From Candidatus Tectimicrobiota bacterium (GTDB lineage Bacteria; JACPUC01): a DNA stretch of 64,000 nt. The notes below the pieces were generated by a model. It worked only from the letters and a program-made list of their open reading frames with translations, was not told where the DNA came from and searched no databases. The stretch lies in contig JACPUC010000026.1 in the NCBI GenBank assembly GCA_016192455.1, forward strand, positions 78,902 through 142,901, read 5' to 3'. Position numbers and translations under genes: made by a program. Shown in pieces: positions 9,611 through 18,477 of this stretch. The number at the start of each line of letters is the position of its first letter. The stretch's first letter is position 1.

Positions 9611-10363
9611 ATGAGTCTGCAGGGTAAGGTTGCAATCGTCACCGGGGCAGCGGGGGGAATTGGTCAGGCCTATGCCAAGGCGCTCGCGGCCGCAGGGGCG
9701 AGCGTGGTGGTCGCGGACATCAAGGACGGCGGCGCCACGGTGGCCGCCATTACGGCCGCGGGCGGGCTCGCCCTGGCGCTTGCCTGCGACGTGAGCGATG
9801 AGACCAGCAGCCAGGCGATGGTCCGCCAGGCGGTGGATCACTTCGGCGGCGTCGACGTGCTCGTCAACAACGCCGCCATGTTCGCCGGCGTGGCGGTGAA
9901 GCCCTTCGACCTGATCAGCGTCGAGGAGTGGGACCACATGATGGCGGTGAACGTGCGCGGCACCTTCCTCTGCTGCCGCGCCGTCGTCCCCGCCATGCGC
10001 GAGCGCGGCAAGGGGAAGATCATCAACGTCTCCTCGTCGACGATCCTCTACGGCACGCCGCTGCTCCTGCACTACGTCACCTCGAAGGGAGCCGTCATGG
10101 CCCTCACCCGGGCCCTCGCCCGCGAGGTGGGGCGCTGGAACATCTGCGTCAACAGCATCGCCCCGGGCATCACCCTGAGCGACGCCGTCAAGGAACACCC
10201 GCGCATGGCGAAGTGGGACGCCGCGGTTGTCCAGTCCCGCTGCATCCGGCGCAGCGAGTTCCCCGAGGACCTCACCGGCACCATCCTCTACCTGGCCTCC
10301 GACGCCAGCGACTTCGTCACCGGCCAGTTCATCACCGTGGACGGCGGCACGTCGATGCATTGA
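9611..10363 (+). CDS. SDR family oxidoreductase (FabG-like)
   Basis: TGAAGGIGQAY Rossmann motif, NNAA, catalytic YxxxK (HYVTSKGAV), PG motif. Confidence 0.85.
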   Translation: MSLQGKVAIVTGAAGGIGQAYAKALAAAGASVVVADIKDGGATVAAITAAGGLALALACDVSDETSSQAMVRQAVDHFGGVDVLVNNAAMFAGVAVKPFDLISVEEWDHMMAVNVRGTFLCCRAVVPAMRERGKGKIINVSSSTILYGTPLLLHYVTSKGAVMALTRALAREVGRWNICVNSIAPGITLSDAVKEHPRMAKWDAAVVQSRCIRRSEFPEDLTGTILYLASDASDFVTGQFITVDGGTSMH

Positions 10364-10629
10364 GGGACCGCCCGGCGCCTTGAGCGCAAGGATGCGGAGG
10401 CGCTCTCATTCGCCGCCCGCGGAGACGAGCCTGACCGCGGCTGCCGGCGCGTCGCGCCAGATCTACCGCGACATCCTCGCGCTCGCCCTGCCGTTCTGGC
10501 GCGCGGCCGCGGACCCTGCCGGCTCGCCATGCCGCAGTCGGCCGCCGCTCCCCTGGCGGCGCCGTTCTCTCCTCTGCTACAATCCGGTGCGCTTGCGGGC
10601 ATCCCGCCCGCTGCACACGTCCACGCACC

Positions 10630-11814
10630 ATGGAGCCCCAGATGGCCGCCACTATCACCGTGCGCAAACGCATCCTCCCCCGCCTGCGGCGCGGCCACCA
10701 GTGGGTTTTCAGCAACGAAGTGGTGGCGGTGGAGGGGGAGGCGCAGCCGGGGGAGGTGGCGACCCTGACGGCCGGCGGCAAGCGCGTCGGCAGCGTCTTC
10801 TACCACCCGCACGCGCTCATCGCGGCGCGCCTGTTGACGACCGGCGAGGAGCCGATCGACGCCGCCTTCTATGCCCGGCGGCTGAGCGCGGCGCGCGCCT
10901 ACCGCGCCCGCATCCTGCCCGGCGCCCAGGCCTATCGGCTGTGCCACGGGGAGGGGGATTTCCTGCCGGGGCTCATTGTCGACTGGTACAATGGCCACGC
11001 CTGCGTGCAGACGCTCTGCGCGGGGATGGAGCGGGCGCTGCCGGTGATCACCGAGCTGCTGGCGGGCGAGCTTGGCGCCCTCTCCGTCATCGAACGCAAC
11101 ACCTCCGTGTTGCGCCGCCATGAAGAGCTGCCGGAGCGCACCGGCGTCCTCTTCGGCAGCGCGCCGGAGGAACTGGATATCGAAGAGGACGGCGCGCGTT
11201 TCACGGTGAACCTCCTCGGCGGCCAGAAGACCGGCTTCTTCTTCGATCAGCGCGACAACCGGCGGGCGGCGCGGGCACTCGCTTCCGGGGGGCGCGTCCT
11301 CGACGCCTACTGCAACGAGGGGGCCTTCGCCGTGCACTGCGCCCTGGGAGGGGCGGCGGCAGTCCTCGGCCTCGACTCGTCGGCGGTGGCCCTCGAACGC
11401 GCCCGCGCCAATGCCGCCTTGAACGGCCTCGGCGAGCGCTGTCGCTTCGAGCGCGGCGAGGTGCCCGAGCTGCTGCGCGCGCTGCGCGAGGCGGGCGAAC
11501 GCTACGACCTTATCATCCTCGATCCGCCCTCCTTCGCCCATACGAAGAAGGCCATCCCGGCGGCAAAGAAGGGCTACCGCGCCATCAACGAAGCCGCGAT
11601 GCGCCTGCTGCAGCGGGGCGGCTTCCTCGTCACCTCCTCCTGCTCGCACCACCTGCGGCGGGACACCTTCGAGCGCCTCCTCGAGGAAGCCGCCGAGGCC
11701 GCGGGCCGCTGCCTGCGGGTGCTGGAGTGGCGGGGTCAGGCGCTCGATCACCCGGTCCTGGCGGCCATGCCGGAGACCGCCTACCTGAAGTGCTGCATTC
11801 TGCAAATCCTCTGA
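10630..11814 (+). CDS. rlmI: class I SAM-dependent rRNA methyltransferase, RlmI/YccW-like (PUA + MTase)
   Basis: VLDAYCNEGAFAVHCA, DLIILDPPSFA and C-terminal LKCCIL resemble 23S rRNA m5C methyltransferase RlmI. Confidence 0.75.
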   Translation: MEPQMAATITVRKRILPRLRRGHQWVFSNEVVAVEGEAQPGEVATLTAGGKRVGSVFYHPHALIAARLLTTGEEPIDAAFYARRLSAARAYRARILPGAQAYRLCHGEGDFLPGLIVDWYNGHACVQTLCAGMERALPVITELLAGELGALSVIERNTSVLRRHEELPERTGVLFGSAPEELDIEEDGARFTVNLLGGQKTGFFFDQRDNRRAARALASGGRVLDAYCNEGAFAVHCALGGAAAVLGLDSSAVALERARANAALNGLGERCRFERGEVPELLRALREAGERYDLIILDPPSFAHTKKAIPAAKKGYRAINEAAMRLLQRGGFLVTSSCSHHLRRDTFERLLEEAAEAAGRCLRVLEWRGQALDHPVLAAMPETAYLKCCILQIL

Positions 11815-11897
11815 GGCGGGTGCGGCAGCCGGGGTACCGCCGCGGGCCCGCCTCCGTTGCGCTGGCGGAAGAGCGCCGCCTCAGGGGTAGGAACGCG

Positions 11898-12404
11898 ATG
11901 GCTGATGACCTCGAGGTGAGCTGGGCGGAGTACCACCGCAAGGTGGAGCAGCTCGCCCGGATCGTCCGCGACAGCCGCATCGCCCCCGAGCAGATCATCT
12001 GCATCGCCAAGGGAGGTCTGCGCGTCGGCGACATTCTGGCGCGCATCTTCAAGCTGCCGCTCGCCATCCTCGCCGCCGAAGCCTACACTGACCGGAATGA
12101 CCCGCGCGCGCCCAACCGCGTGGTCATCGCCGAGTCCCTGACCAGCACGCGGCAGCCGCTGGGAAGCCGCATCCTCCTCGTCGATGACCTCGTCGATCGC
12201 GGCGGCACCATGCAGGAGGCGGTGGCCTGGCTGCGGCGCCGCGCCGTGACGCCGCCCGCCGAGGTATGGACAGCGGTGATCTGGTACAAGCGCCGCTCGA
12301 TCTTCGCCCCCGACTTTTGGGTTGAAGTCATCGAAGGCGACGAGCCGCCGTGGATCGTCCAGCCCTTCGAGCGCTACGAGCACCTGCGTCCGGAGGACCT
12401 CTGA
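11898..12404 (+). CDS. phosphoribosyltransferase (type I PRTase fold)
   Basis: Internal Met MADDLEVSWAEYHRK preceded by AGGGGTAGGAAC. PRPP-binding loop ILLVDDLVDRGGTM. The upstream 57 codons of the track ORF are GC-rich read-in. Confidence 0.7.
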   Translation: MADDLEVSWAEYHRKVEQLARIVRDSRIAPEQIICIAKGGLRVGDILARIFKLPLAILAAEAYTDRNDPRAPNRVVIAESLTSTRQPLGSRILLVDDLVDRGGTMQEAVAWLRRRAVTPPAEVWTAVIWYKRRSIFAPDFWVEVIEGDEPPWIVQPFERYEHLRPEDL

Positions 12405-13129
12405 TGGCAAGCCGCGCGGCACGCCCCCTTGCGACTCGCTGGGAGCGGAGGCTGCGAAGCGTCTCGACCTGGATTGCCCTGCTGCTGGCGCTTGGGGTGG
12501 GACAGAGCGCCGCCCTGGCGCTGCTCCTGGAGCGCGCGCCCGGCGGCGGCGGGGACTGGCGCCAGGTGGGGAACGCCTCGGAAGGCGTGGGCCCGCTGGG
12601 GGCAACGCCATCGCTCGCGCAGCAGCGGCAGCGGCCCTTCCCCGATGTCTACTACCACGCCGACAAGGTCATCCGCTTCAGGCTTGGCGCGGGTTCGCTG
12701 GCGCTCTTCAATGAGAAGGGGGAGCCCACCCGCGTCCACAATGATCCGCAGCAGGCGCTCGGGCCGCCTGATCACGGCCTGCAAGGCTGGCCGTACACCG
12801 GCGCGGTGTCGCTGGGAAACGGCGGCGAGATCATCCTCGGTTTCCCCACCTGCATCGAGGATGGCGAGGGAGACGATTTCATCGTGCACGAGATCGTCAC
12901 GCCGGAGCGCGCCGAGGTCTTCGGCAGCCTGACGCCGGAGCCGCGGGACTTCCGCCTCCTAGGCACCGCCAGCGGCACGACGCGCTTCGATCTTGCCGCC
13001 GCCGGCGTGCAGCGGGTCTACCTCATCAGGATCGTGGACCAGAACGACGTCCGCACCCCTTCGCCCTTTGCCGGCTTCGATGTGGACGCGGTGGAGGTGA
13101 TCCACCCGTGCCAGCCGTTCACGAGCTGA
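12404..13129 (+). CDS. hypothetical exported/membrane-anchored protein
   Basis: ATG overlaps the PRTase stop (TGATG) with a GGAGGA RBS. N-terminal TM/signal STWIALLLALGVGQSAALALLL. No family recognised. Confidence 0.5.
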   Translation: MASRAARPLATRWERRLRSVSTWIALLLALGVGQSAALALLLERAPGGGGDWRQVGNASEGVGPLGATPSLAQQRQRPFPDVYYHADKVIRFRLGAGSLALFNEKGEPTRVHNDPQQALGPPDHGLQGWPYTGAVSLGNGGEIILGFPTCIEDGEGDDFIVHEIVTPERAEVFGSLTPEPRDFRLLGTASGTTRFDLAAAGVQRVYLIRIVDQNDVRTPSPFAGFDVDAVEVIHPCQPFTS

Positions 13130-13210
13130 GCGCGGGCGCCGCAGGAGCCCATCGGCCAGCCGCCACCGCCGGCCTGGATGACTCATCACCCGTGCAGGGA
13201 GGAGCAGCGC

Positions 13211-13966
13211 ATGCGCCTGAAGGATCGCGTCGTCATCATCACCGGCAGCGCCCAGGGCATCGGCAAGGTGTACGCCCAACGCTGCGCCCGCGAAGGAGCC
13301 AGGGTGGTCCTCACGGACATCCTCGACACCCAGCCGGCGGCGGAGGAGCTGCGCAAGAGCGGGGCCGAGGTGCTCGCCCTGCGGACCGATGTCGCCAAGG
13401 AGCAGAACACCAACGCCATGGCCGCGCAGACGATCGCACGCTTCGGGCGCATCGACGTGCTGGTGAACAACGCGGCCATCTTCGCCACCCTGCCGCTGCA
13501 GGATTTCTGGAACATCCCGGTGACGGAGTGGGACCGCGTCATGGAAGTCAACGTGAAGGGGAACTTCCTCTGCGTCAAGGCGGTGCTGCCGCAGATGCGC
13601 AAGCAAGGGGGCGGCAAGATCATCAACATCGCCTCGGGGGTGGCCTTCAAGGGGGTGCCGTACATGCTCCACTACGTCAGCTCGAAGGGCGCCGTCGTCT
13701 CCCTGACGCGGGCCATGGCGCGCGAGCTGGGACCCTTCAACATCGCGGTGAACGCCATCGCGCCCGGTTACACGATGAGCGAAGGCGTCCTGGCGCGCCC
13801 CGAGCAGGTGAATCAAATGCGCCGCCCCATCGTCGAGAGCCGCTGCTTCAAACGCGACGAGGTGCCCGAGGACCTCACCGGCACCCTCGTCTACCTCGCC
13901 AGCGCCGACAGCGACTTCGTTACCGGACAGATTCTCGCCGTGGACGGCGGCTCCGTCATGCACTGA
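13211..13966 (+). CDS. SDR family oxidoreductase (paralog 1 of tandem pair)
   Basis: MRLKDRVVIITGSAQGIGKVYAQR...NNAA...YVSSKGAV. RBS GGGAGGAG upstream of the internal Met. Confidence 0.85.
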   Translation: MRLKDRVVIITGSAQGIGKVYAQRCAREGARVVLTDILDTQPAAEELRKSGAEVLALRTDVAKEQNTNAMAAQTIARFGRIDVLVNNAAIFATLPLQDFWNIPVTEWDRVMEVNVKGNFLCVKAVLPQMRKQGGGKIINIASGVAFKGVPYMLHYVSSKGAVVSLTRAMARELGPFNIAVNAIAPGYTMSEGVLARPEQVNQMRRPIVESRCFKRDEVPEDLTGTLVYLASADSDFVTGQILAVDGGSVMH

Positions 13967-14068
13967 GACGGTGCGGGACGAACGGCGCCTCGGCGCTCGG
14001 CTGGGCTCCATCGCGCAGCGGCTGTCGTCCCCGCTGCGGCGCCGGCGGATGAGAGAAAGGATGCACCC

Positions 14069-14824
14069 ATGCGGTTGAAAGATCAGGTCGTTATCATCAC
14101 GGGAGGCGCCCAGGGGATTGGCAAGGTGTATGGGCAACGCTGCGCGGCCGAGGGCGCCAAGGTCGTGCTAGCGGACATCCGTGACGCCGAACCGGTGGCG
14201 GCGGAGCTGCGCCAGGGCGGCGCCGAGGCGCTGGCGCTGCACACCGACGTGGCCGACGAGACGAGCACGGCAGAGATGGCCCGCCGGACCGTGGAGCGCT
14301 TCGGGCGCATCGACGTGCTGGTGAACAACGCGGCGGTCTTCGCCATCACCAATCCGAGAGATTTCTGGGAGATTCCAACCTCGGATTGGGACCTGGCAAT
14401 GGCGGTGAACGTGAAGGGACCGTTCCTTTGCACCAAGGCGGTGCTGCCGCGGATGCGCGCGCAGGGGAAGGGGAAGATCATCAACATCGCCTCGGGGACG
14501 GCTTTCAAAGGGACCGTCGGGGTCCTCCACTACGTGAGCTCCAAGGGAGCGGTCATCTCCCTCACCCGCACCATGGCGCGCGAGCTGGGCCCCTTCAACA
14601 TCGCCGTGAACGCCATCGCACCGGGATTCGTCTTGCATGAGGGGATGCGCGCCAGCACGGCGCAGGTCGCGTCGATGAGCGAGCCGGTGAAGAAGAGCCG
14701 CTGCTTCCAGCGCGATCAGACGCCCGAGGACCTCACCGGCACTCTCGTCTACTTGGCGAGCGCGGACAGCGACTTCGTCACCGGGCAGGTCATCGCCGTG
14801 GACGGCGGCTCCGTGATGCACTAG
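14069..14824 (+). CDS. SDR family oxidoreductase (paralog 2 of tandem pair)
   Basis: MRLKDQVVIITGGAQGIGKVYGQR... Collinear with 13211..13966 and highly similar to it; the TAG stop abuts the repeat structure. Confidence 0.85.
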   Translation: MRLKDQVVIITGGAQGIGKVYGQRCAAEGAKVVLADIRDAEPVAAELRQGGAEALALHTDVADETSTAEMARRTVERFGRIDVLVNNAAVFAITNPRDFWEIPTSDWDLAMAVNVKGPFLCTKAVLPRMRAQGKGKIINIASGTAFKGTVGVLHYVSSKGAVISLTRTMARELGPFNIAVNAIAPGFVLHEGMRASTAQVASMSEPVKKSRCFQRDQTPEDLTGTLVYLASADSDFVTGQVIAVDGGSVMH

Positions 14825-14921
14825 GGTCACGTCGTACACCCGCGCGGAAAAATGCACATGTTCCACGTGGAACATCGACCAAGTCCAGCGGGTCACGTCG
14901 TACACCCGCGCGGAAAAATGC
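14824..14921. repeat. two 32-bp direct repeats (GGGTCACGTCGTACACCCGCGCGGAAAAATGC at 14824..14855 and 14890..14921) flanking an 18-bp perfect palindrome ATGTTCCACGTGGAACAT (14858..14875)
   Basis: Read directly from the sequence. Repeat period 66 bp, 34-bp unique spacer containing the palindrome. Confidence 0.7.
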
Positions 14922-15236
14922 GCCCCCTCAGCGGTAGAATTGGCGCAAAGATTCTTGCTGGAGGGATGCTTGATCCCTCGCTCGCCCGAGCCCCTTGGCT
15001 GCCGAGAGCAGGCGTTCCCGCGCTCGATGGGAGGGCACCCCTCCCCCCCGCCGGCAGCGCTTCGGATCAGCGGCATCTCTCCCCTTGCTCCTAAAGGGAA
15101 GAGCACGTATCCTTAGCAGATGGGAGAGGAGACAACGCCGGCGGCCGGGGGGAGGCGCCGTTCGCCGTGGCCCAGCGGGGCCGGCCGCCGTGATCCGGGA
15201 AGGTAGGGTCGGCGGCCGCAGCGAAGGAGGACCATC

Positions 15237-15830
15237 ATGGAGCGACAGGCTGGCGCCGCGATGGTTGCAAGTCCTCCGCAGCACTTCAGCAACGAGCAGC
15301 TTGGCCTCATTGCCAGCCTCACGGATGTGGCGGAAGAGGCAATCGCCGGCCACTACAAGATCGGCATGAAGGAGTGGCGGCACTGCAGGTACGACATCCG
15401 CACGCAGCGCGACGAGGCCCAGCCGCCGCAAGCCACGGAGGCTTTCGCGGAGGTCAGCAGGTACGAGTGCGTGGCCCTGCCCGACTCGCGGCAGGCGCGG
15501 CGCTTCGATCTCTACCGCATCCGCATCTACGATGCAGCGATCCTTCATGCTCTCCACAACCGTCAGGCGCTGCACGAGTTCGAGCCTCTCCTGCTCTACA
15601 TCCTCACCCATGAGCTGGTGCATGTGGTGCGGTTCGGCAGAATGAATCAGGCCTTCTGGGTGAGCCCGAAGGAGCGGCAGGCAGAGGAGGCGCGGGTACA
15701 CAAGGTCACGCACGACATCCTGCGGGCCCTTGCGTTCCAGCGCTTGCCGTCGATTCTCAATCACTACGCCGGATTCTGCGCTCTCCCCGCCCTCCCCGCC
15801 AGGAAAGGCCTCGGTAAGGCCGGCCCGTGA
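15237..15830 (+). CDS. hypothetical protein with HExxH-like motif (LTHELVHVVRFG)
   Basis: Strong RBS GAAGGAGGA before the ATG. Protein-like composition. No family recognised. Confidence 0.5.
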   Translation: MERQAGAAMVASPPQHFSNEQLGLIASLTDVAEEAIAGHYKIGMKEWRHCRYDIRTQRDEAQPPQATEAFAEVSRYECVALPDSRQARRFDLYRIRIYDAAILHALHNRQALHEFEPLLLYILTHELVHVVRFGRMNQAFWVSPKERQAEEARVHKVTHDILRALAFQRLPSILNHYAGFCALPALPARKGLGKAGP

Positions 15831-16074
15831 CGAATGGGGGAGCACCCCGCCACGATCTCCCGTCACCGCGGCGATCTCTTGGCGGGGGGGCGCTTCAGAG
15901 GGCCGCAGCGACGCGGTTGGTGTGGGGTTGGCGCCGCCCGCCGGCTTGACAAGGCGCCGAGGCGTCCTTATATTGGCGCTGCGTGAAGCGCCGCGATCCA
16001 TCTCGAGCAGCAGTGGAATAGAAGAGTTTCTCTTGTGCGTGTAAGGTGAGTTTCAAAGCGGAGGAAGTGGGACG

Positions 16075-16380
16075 ATGCCAATCTACGAGTACCGCTGCGC
16101 CGAGTGTAGTGCCGAGTTTGAGAAGATGCAGAAGTTCTCGGATGCGCCGGTATCGAGTTGTCCTCACTGTGGCGGCGCGGTGCACAAGCTGATCTCGCAC
16201 TCGACCTTCCATCTCAAGGGTTCCGGCTGGTACGTCACGGACTACGCCAAGAAGTCCTCGTCCGCCCCCTCTCCCAGCAAGAGTGAGAACTCTGAGAAGG
16301 CCCGCGCCTCCAGCAGCGACGCGAGCCCATCAAGCAGTTCACCTTCGTCAAGCACGGCGAGCAGTGCCTCGGACGATTAA
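16075..16380 (+). CDS. FmdB-family zinc-ribbon protein with Ser/Pro-rich acidic tail
   Basis: [34 protein letters not shown] is the FmdB/zinc-ribbon regulatory family signature. RBS GGAGGAAG. Confidence 0.8.
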   Translation: MPIYEYRCAECSAEFEKMQKFSDAPVSSCPHCGGAVHKLISHSTFHLKGSGWYVTDYAKKSSSAPSPSKSENSEKARASSSDASPSSSSPSSSTASSASDD

Positions 16381-16480
16381 CAGGAGGGGAAACCTCTTCT
16401 CTCCCCCGGAACCATGGCGTCTCGACCTGCTGAGGGTTGCGCCGGGAAGGTAACCGGCAAGACCACGACTGTCGTTCCAT

Positions 16481-16520
16481 CTCCGGAGCCTTCCCCCGTG
16501 AAGCTCCGGAGTTTTGTTTC
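16481..16520 (+). terminator. rho-independent terminator (9-bp stem CTCCGGAGC/GCTCCGGAG, 13-nt loop, TTTTGTTTC tail)
   Basis: Seen directly downstream of the FmdB gene. Confidence 0.6.
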
Positions 16521-16590
16521 CGGCTCCCCTCGGCTGCCTGACGCTGAGCCGCCGTGCTAGAGACCTTCCACCAAGAGCGTGGGACGCGCG

Positions 16591-16809
16591 ATGCCGTTGG
16601 GAACCATCCGAGAAGCAGACTTCAGGAACGGACGCGGCGCCATCGAGTTCGAGGGGCGGCTCATCCCGTTTTCCTGGAAGGATGTTGCGAACCGGTCGAT
16701 GAAAGGGCTGGAGCCGGGGGTGCGGGTTCTCTTCACGCTTCTGGAGCGCGGGGATGCGAGCCGCGCCGTGGCGGTGCGACGCTTTCCCTCTGCGGGTGCG
16801 GCGAGCTGA
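16591..16809 (+). CDS. small cold-shock-domain-like (OB-fold) hypothetical protein
   Basis: MPLGTIREADFRNGRGAIEFEGRLIPFSWKDV...LEPGVRVLFTL echoes the Csp pattern (GTVKWFN..KGFGFI...DVFVHFS...L.EGQRVEF). Weak RBS; start uncertain (track ORF begins 16579). Confidence 0.35.
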   Translation: MPLGTIREADFRNGRGAIEFEGRLIPFSWKDVANRSMKGLEPGVRVLFTLLERGDASRAVAVRRFPSAGAAS

Positions 16810-16890
16810 GCCGTCGCATCGCGGGGGGACGCCCGGCGCAGCGTCATGGCCGAGGCCGGCGAGCGGCGCCGACGGCGTTCTCGATCGGAT

Positions 16891-17685
16891 TCAAAAGCCA
16901 AAACCAGCTAGGAGCGAGTCAACCTCATCCTGCTTGACGCCCTGCCGCGAGGGGCCGCCGTTGAACGTCGGCGCCTGGAGGGATGTCTCTTCGTCGGCGG
17001 AGACGGCAGCAGTGGAAACGCCGAAGCGTTTCACCAGCGAGGCGAGGTTCGTCTCCAGCTCATTCAAAAGGCTGAGCACTTTCTGCAGGATCTGACCGGT
17101 CAAGTCCTGAAAGGCCTGCGCCATCACGATCTCGGTGAGCTCGTGCTGCGAGCGCGTCGAGAAATCCCCAAGGAATCCTTTCAGACTCTCCACCCGCGCC
17201 AGGAAGGCGTCGACCTTTGCCCGGCGGCGCCGCGGCGAGCTGCGCAGCTCGTCCAGCAGCCTCCCAAGCTCGGCAATCCCGGCGTCAAGCTCCTCGTGCT
17301 CCTGGAACTTCTGCTCGCAGATGCCAAGGGTCGTGTTGGCGGCGCGGTCGGTCATCTTCAGCACGTAGTCGAGCCGGTCCGCTGCTTCCGGCATCTCGTG
17401 CTCGGTGATCTGCTTCATGCGCGGGGCGATCACCTGCTTCAGCTCGCGCAGGCCGGCGTTAAGGTTTTGCGCGAGCTTGCCCAACTCGGCCAGCAGATCG
17501 GCATCGCAGAGCTTCGTGAGGCTGTTGATGGCGGCCTCCACTTCCTCGAGGTTTCCCGTCACCAGTCCTTCCAGCCCGTTCTGCTTCTGCTCCATGGCCT
17601 TGATGATTCCCTCGCTTGAACGGCCGGATCCAGCCTGGCGCGAGGCGATGTCACGCGCTGCCTGCGGCGCTTCCTGGTTGGGCAT
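16891..17685 (-). CDS. cheZ: CheZ-like chemotaxis protein phosphatase
   Basis: MAQAFQDLTGQILQKVL (CheZ catalytic Gln motif QDLTGQ) and C-terminal CheY-binding-like tail VKQDEVDSLLAGFGF (cf. E. coli ...VDDLLDSLGF). Confidence 0.75.
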   Translation of the reverse strand: MPNQEAPQAARDIASRQAGSGRSSEGIIKAMEQKQNGLEGLVTGNLEEVEAAINSLTKLCDADLLAELGKLAQNLNAGLRELKQVIAPRMKQITEHEMPEAADRLDYVLKMTDRAANTTLGICEQKFQEHEELDAGIAELGRLLDELRSSPRRRRAKVDAFLARVESLKGFLGDFSTRSQHELTEIVMAQAFQDLTGQILQKVLSLLNELETNLASLVKRFGVSTAAVSADEETSLQAPTFNGGPSRQGVKQDEVDSLLAGFGF

Positions 17686-18477
17686 CTCGGTCGTCCTCGC
17701 CTCATCCTCTCCTGAAGCCTTGACGGTCAGCCTGGGACTAGGGCGTTCGAGCGGCGGCCAGGACCTCGCCTCAGGCGTCGAACTCGCTGCCGAAGCACGC
17801 TGCCGGCTTCAGCTCTCCCCCTGAACACGCATCGTCACCTTGCTCCATTCTCTTGAATAGGAAAGTACCACGAGGCCAGCGCCGCCTTCTCCCGGGCCTC
17901 GCCGCTCAGTGCCGACGCGACTCGACAGCGGCGGCGAAGTTCGGCCCAGGCGCGGGAACGTCCCTTCTTGCGGAGTACCACTCCTGAGAATGGAGGCACA
18001 ATCCGTGCCGAAGCCGTGCTGAGTGCGAGGCTTTGTTCAGGCTCGGCGGCGCGGCGAAGCTGGAAGGCGCGTCGATGGGCGCGAATCTGGGCGGCCGCCT
18101 CGCGGCGCCTGCCGCGAACCTCACGAGCGTCCATGAGACGTTATCAGCCAGGATTACGAGGGGCTCGACGGCGGTGCGTCCCAGGTCGGATGCGGGGAGG
18201 CCGCCGGAGAGACAAGGGGTTGCAGGCAGAATTTGCCGTGAAGTTCTAGCGCAAATACTTGGACAGGAACGCCGGCACGGGCCCGCCAGCCTGACGGTTG
18301 ATCTTCGGGATGGAGAGCGCGCATCTTGGGGTGATCCACCTCCCCCATCCCTCGGCGCCGGCTCTCCTTACAACCTGGGGCCGGCTTTTGTTCTCATCGG
18401 GGCTATGGTAGCATTCCGCCAACGCGTAACGCGACGACCGTCGCGGACCTTCCCGAGTTCATCCACGAGGATCCCAC

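Noticed and set aside
8558-10360. 600-aa minus-strand ORF
   Set aside because: Antisense to the LLM F420 oxidoreductase and SDR genes, which have clear family motifs on the plus strand.
10288-11805. 505-aa minus-strand ORF and 298-aa plus ORF 10227..11123
   Set aside because: Antisense or off-frame to the RlmI-like methyltransferase.
14824-14921. Possible CRISPR array
   Set aside because: Only two repeat units, no leader-like AT-rich run, no cas genes within the window; treated as a regulatory or repeat structure instead.
14168-15106. 312-aa minus-strand ORF spanning the SDR gene and the direct repeats
   Set aside because: Its translation merely echoes the 32-bp repeats (…VHFSARVYDVT… twice) and is antisense to a bona fide SDR; an artefact.
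17835-18134. 99-aa minus-strand ORF (MDAREVRGRRREAAAQIRAH...) upstream of cheZ, considered as possible FlgM-like or CheY-substitute
   Set aside because: Arg/Ala-rich, no recognisable domain, weak translation signals; could be real but unsupported; not a response regulator.
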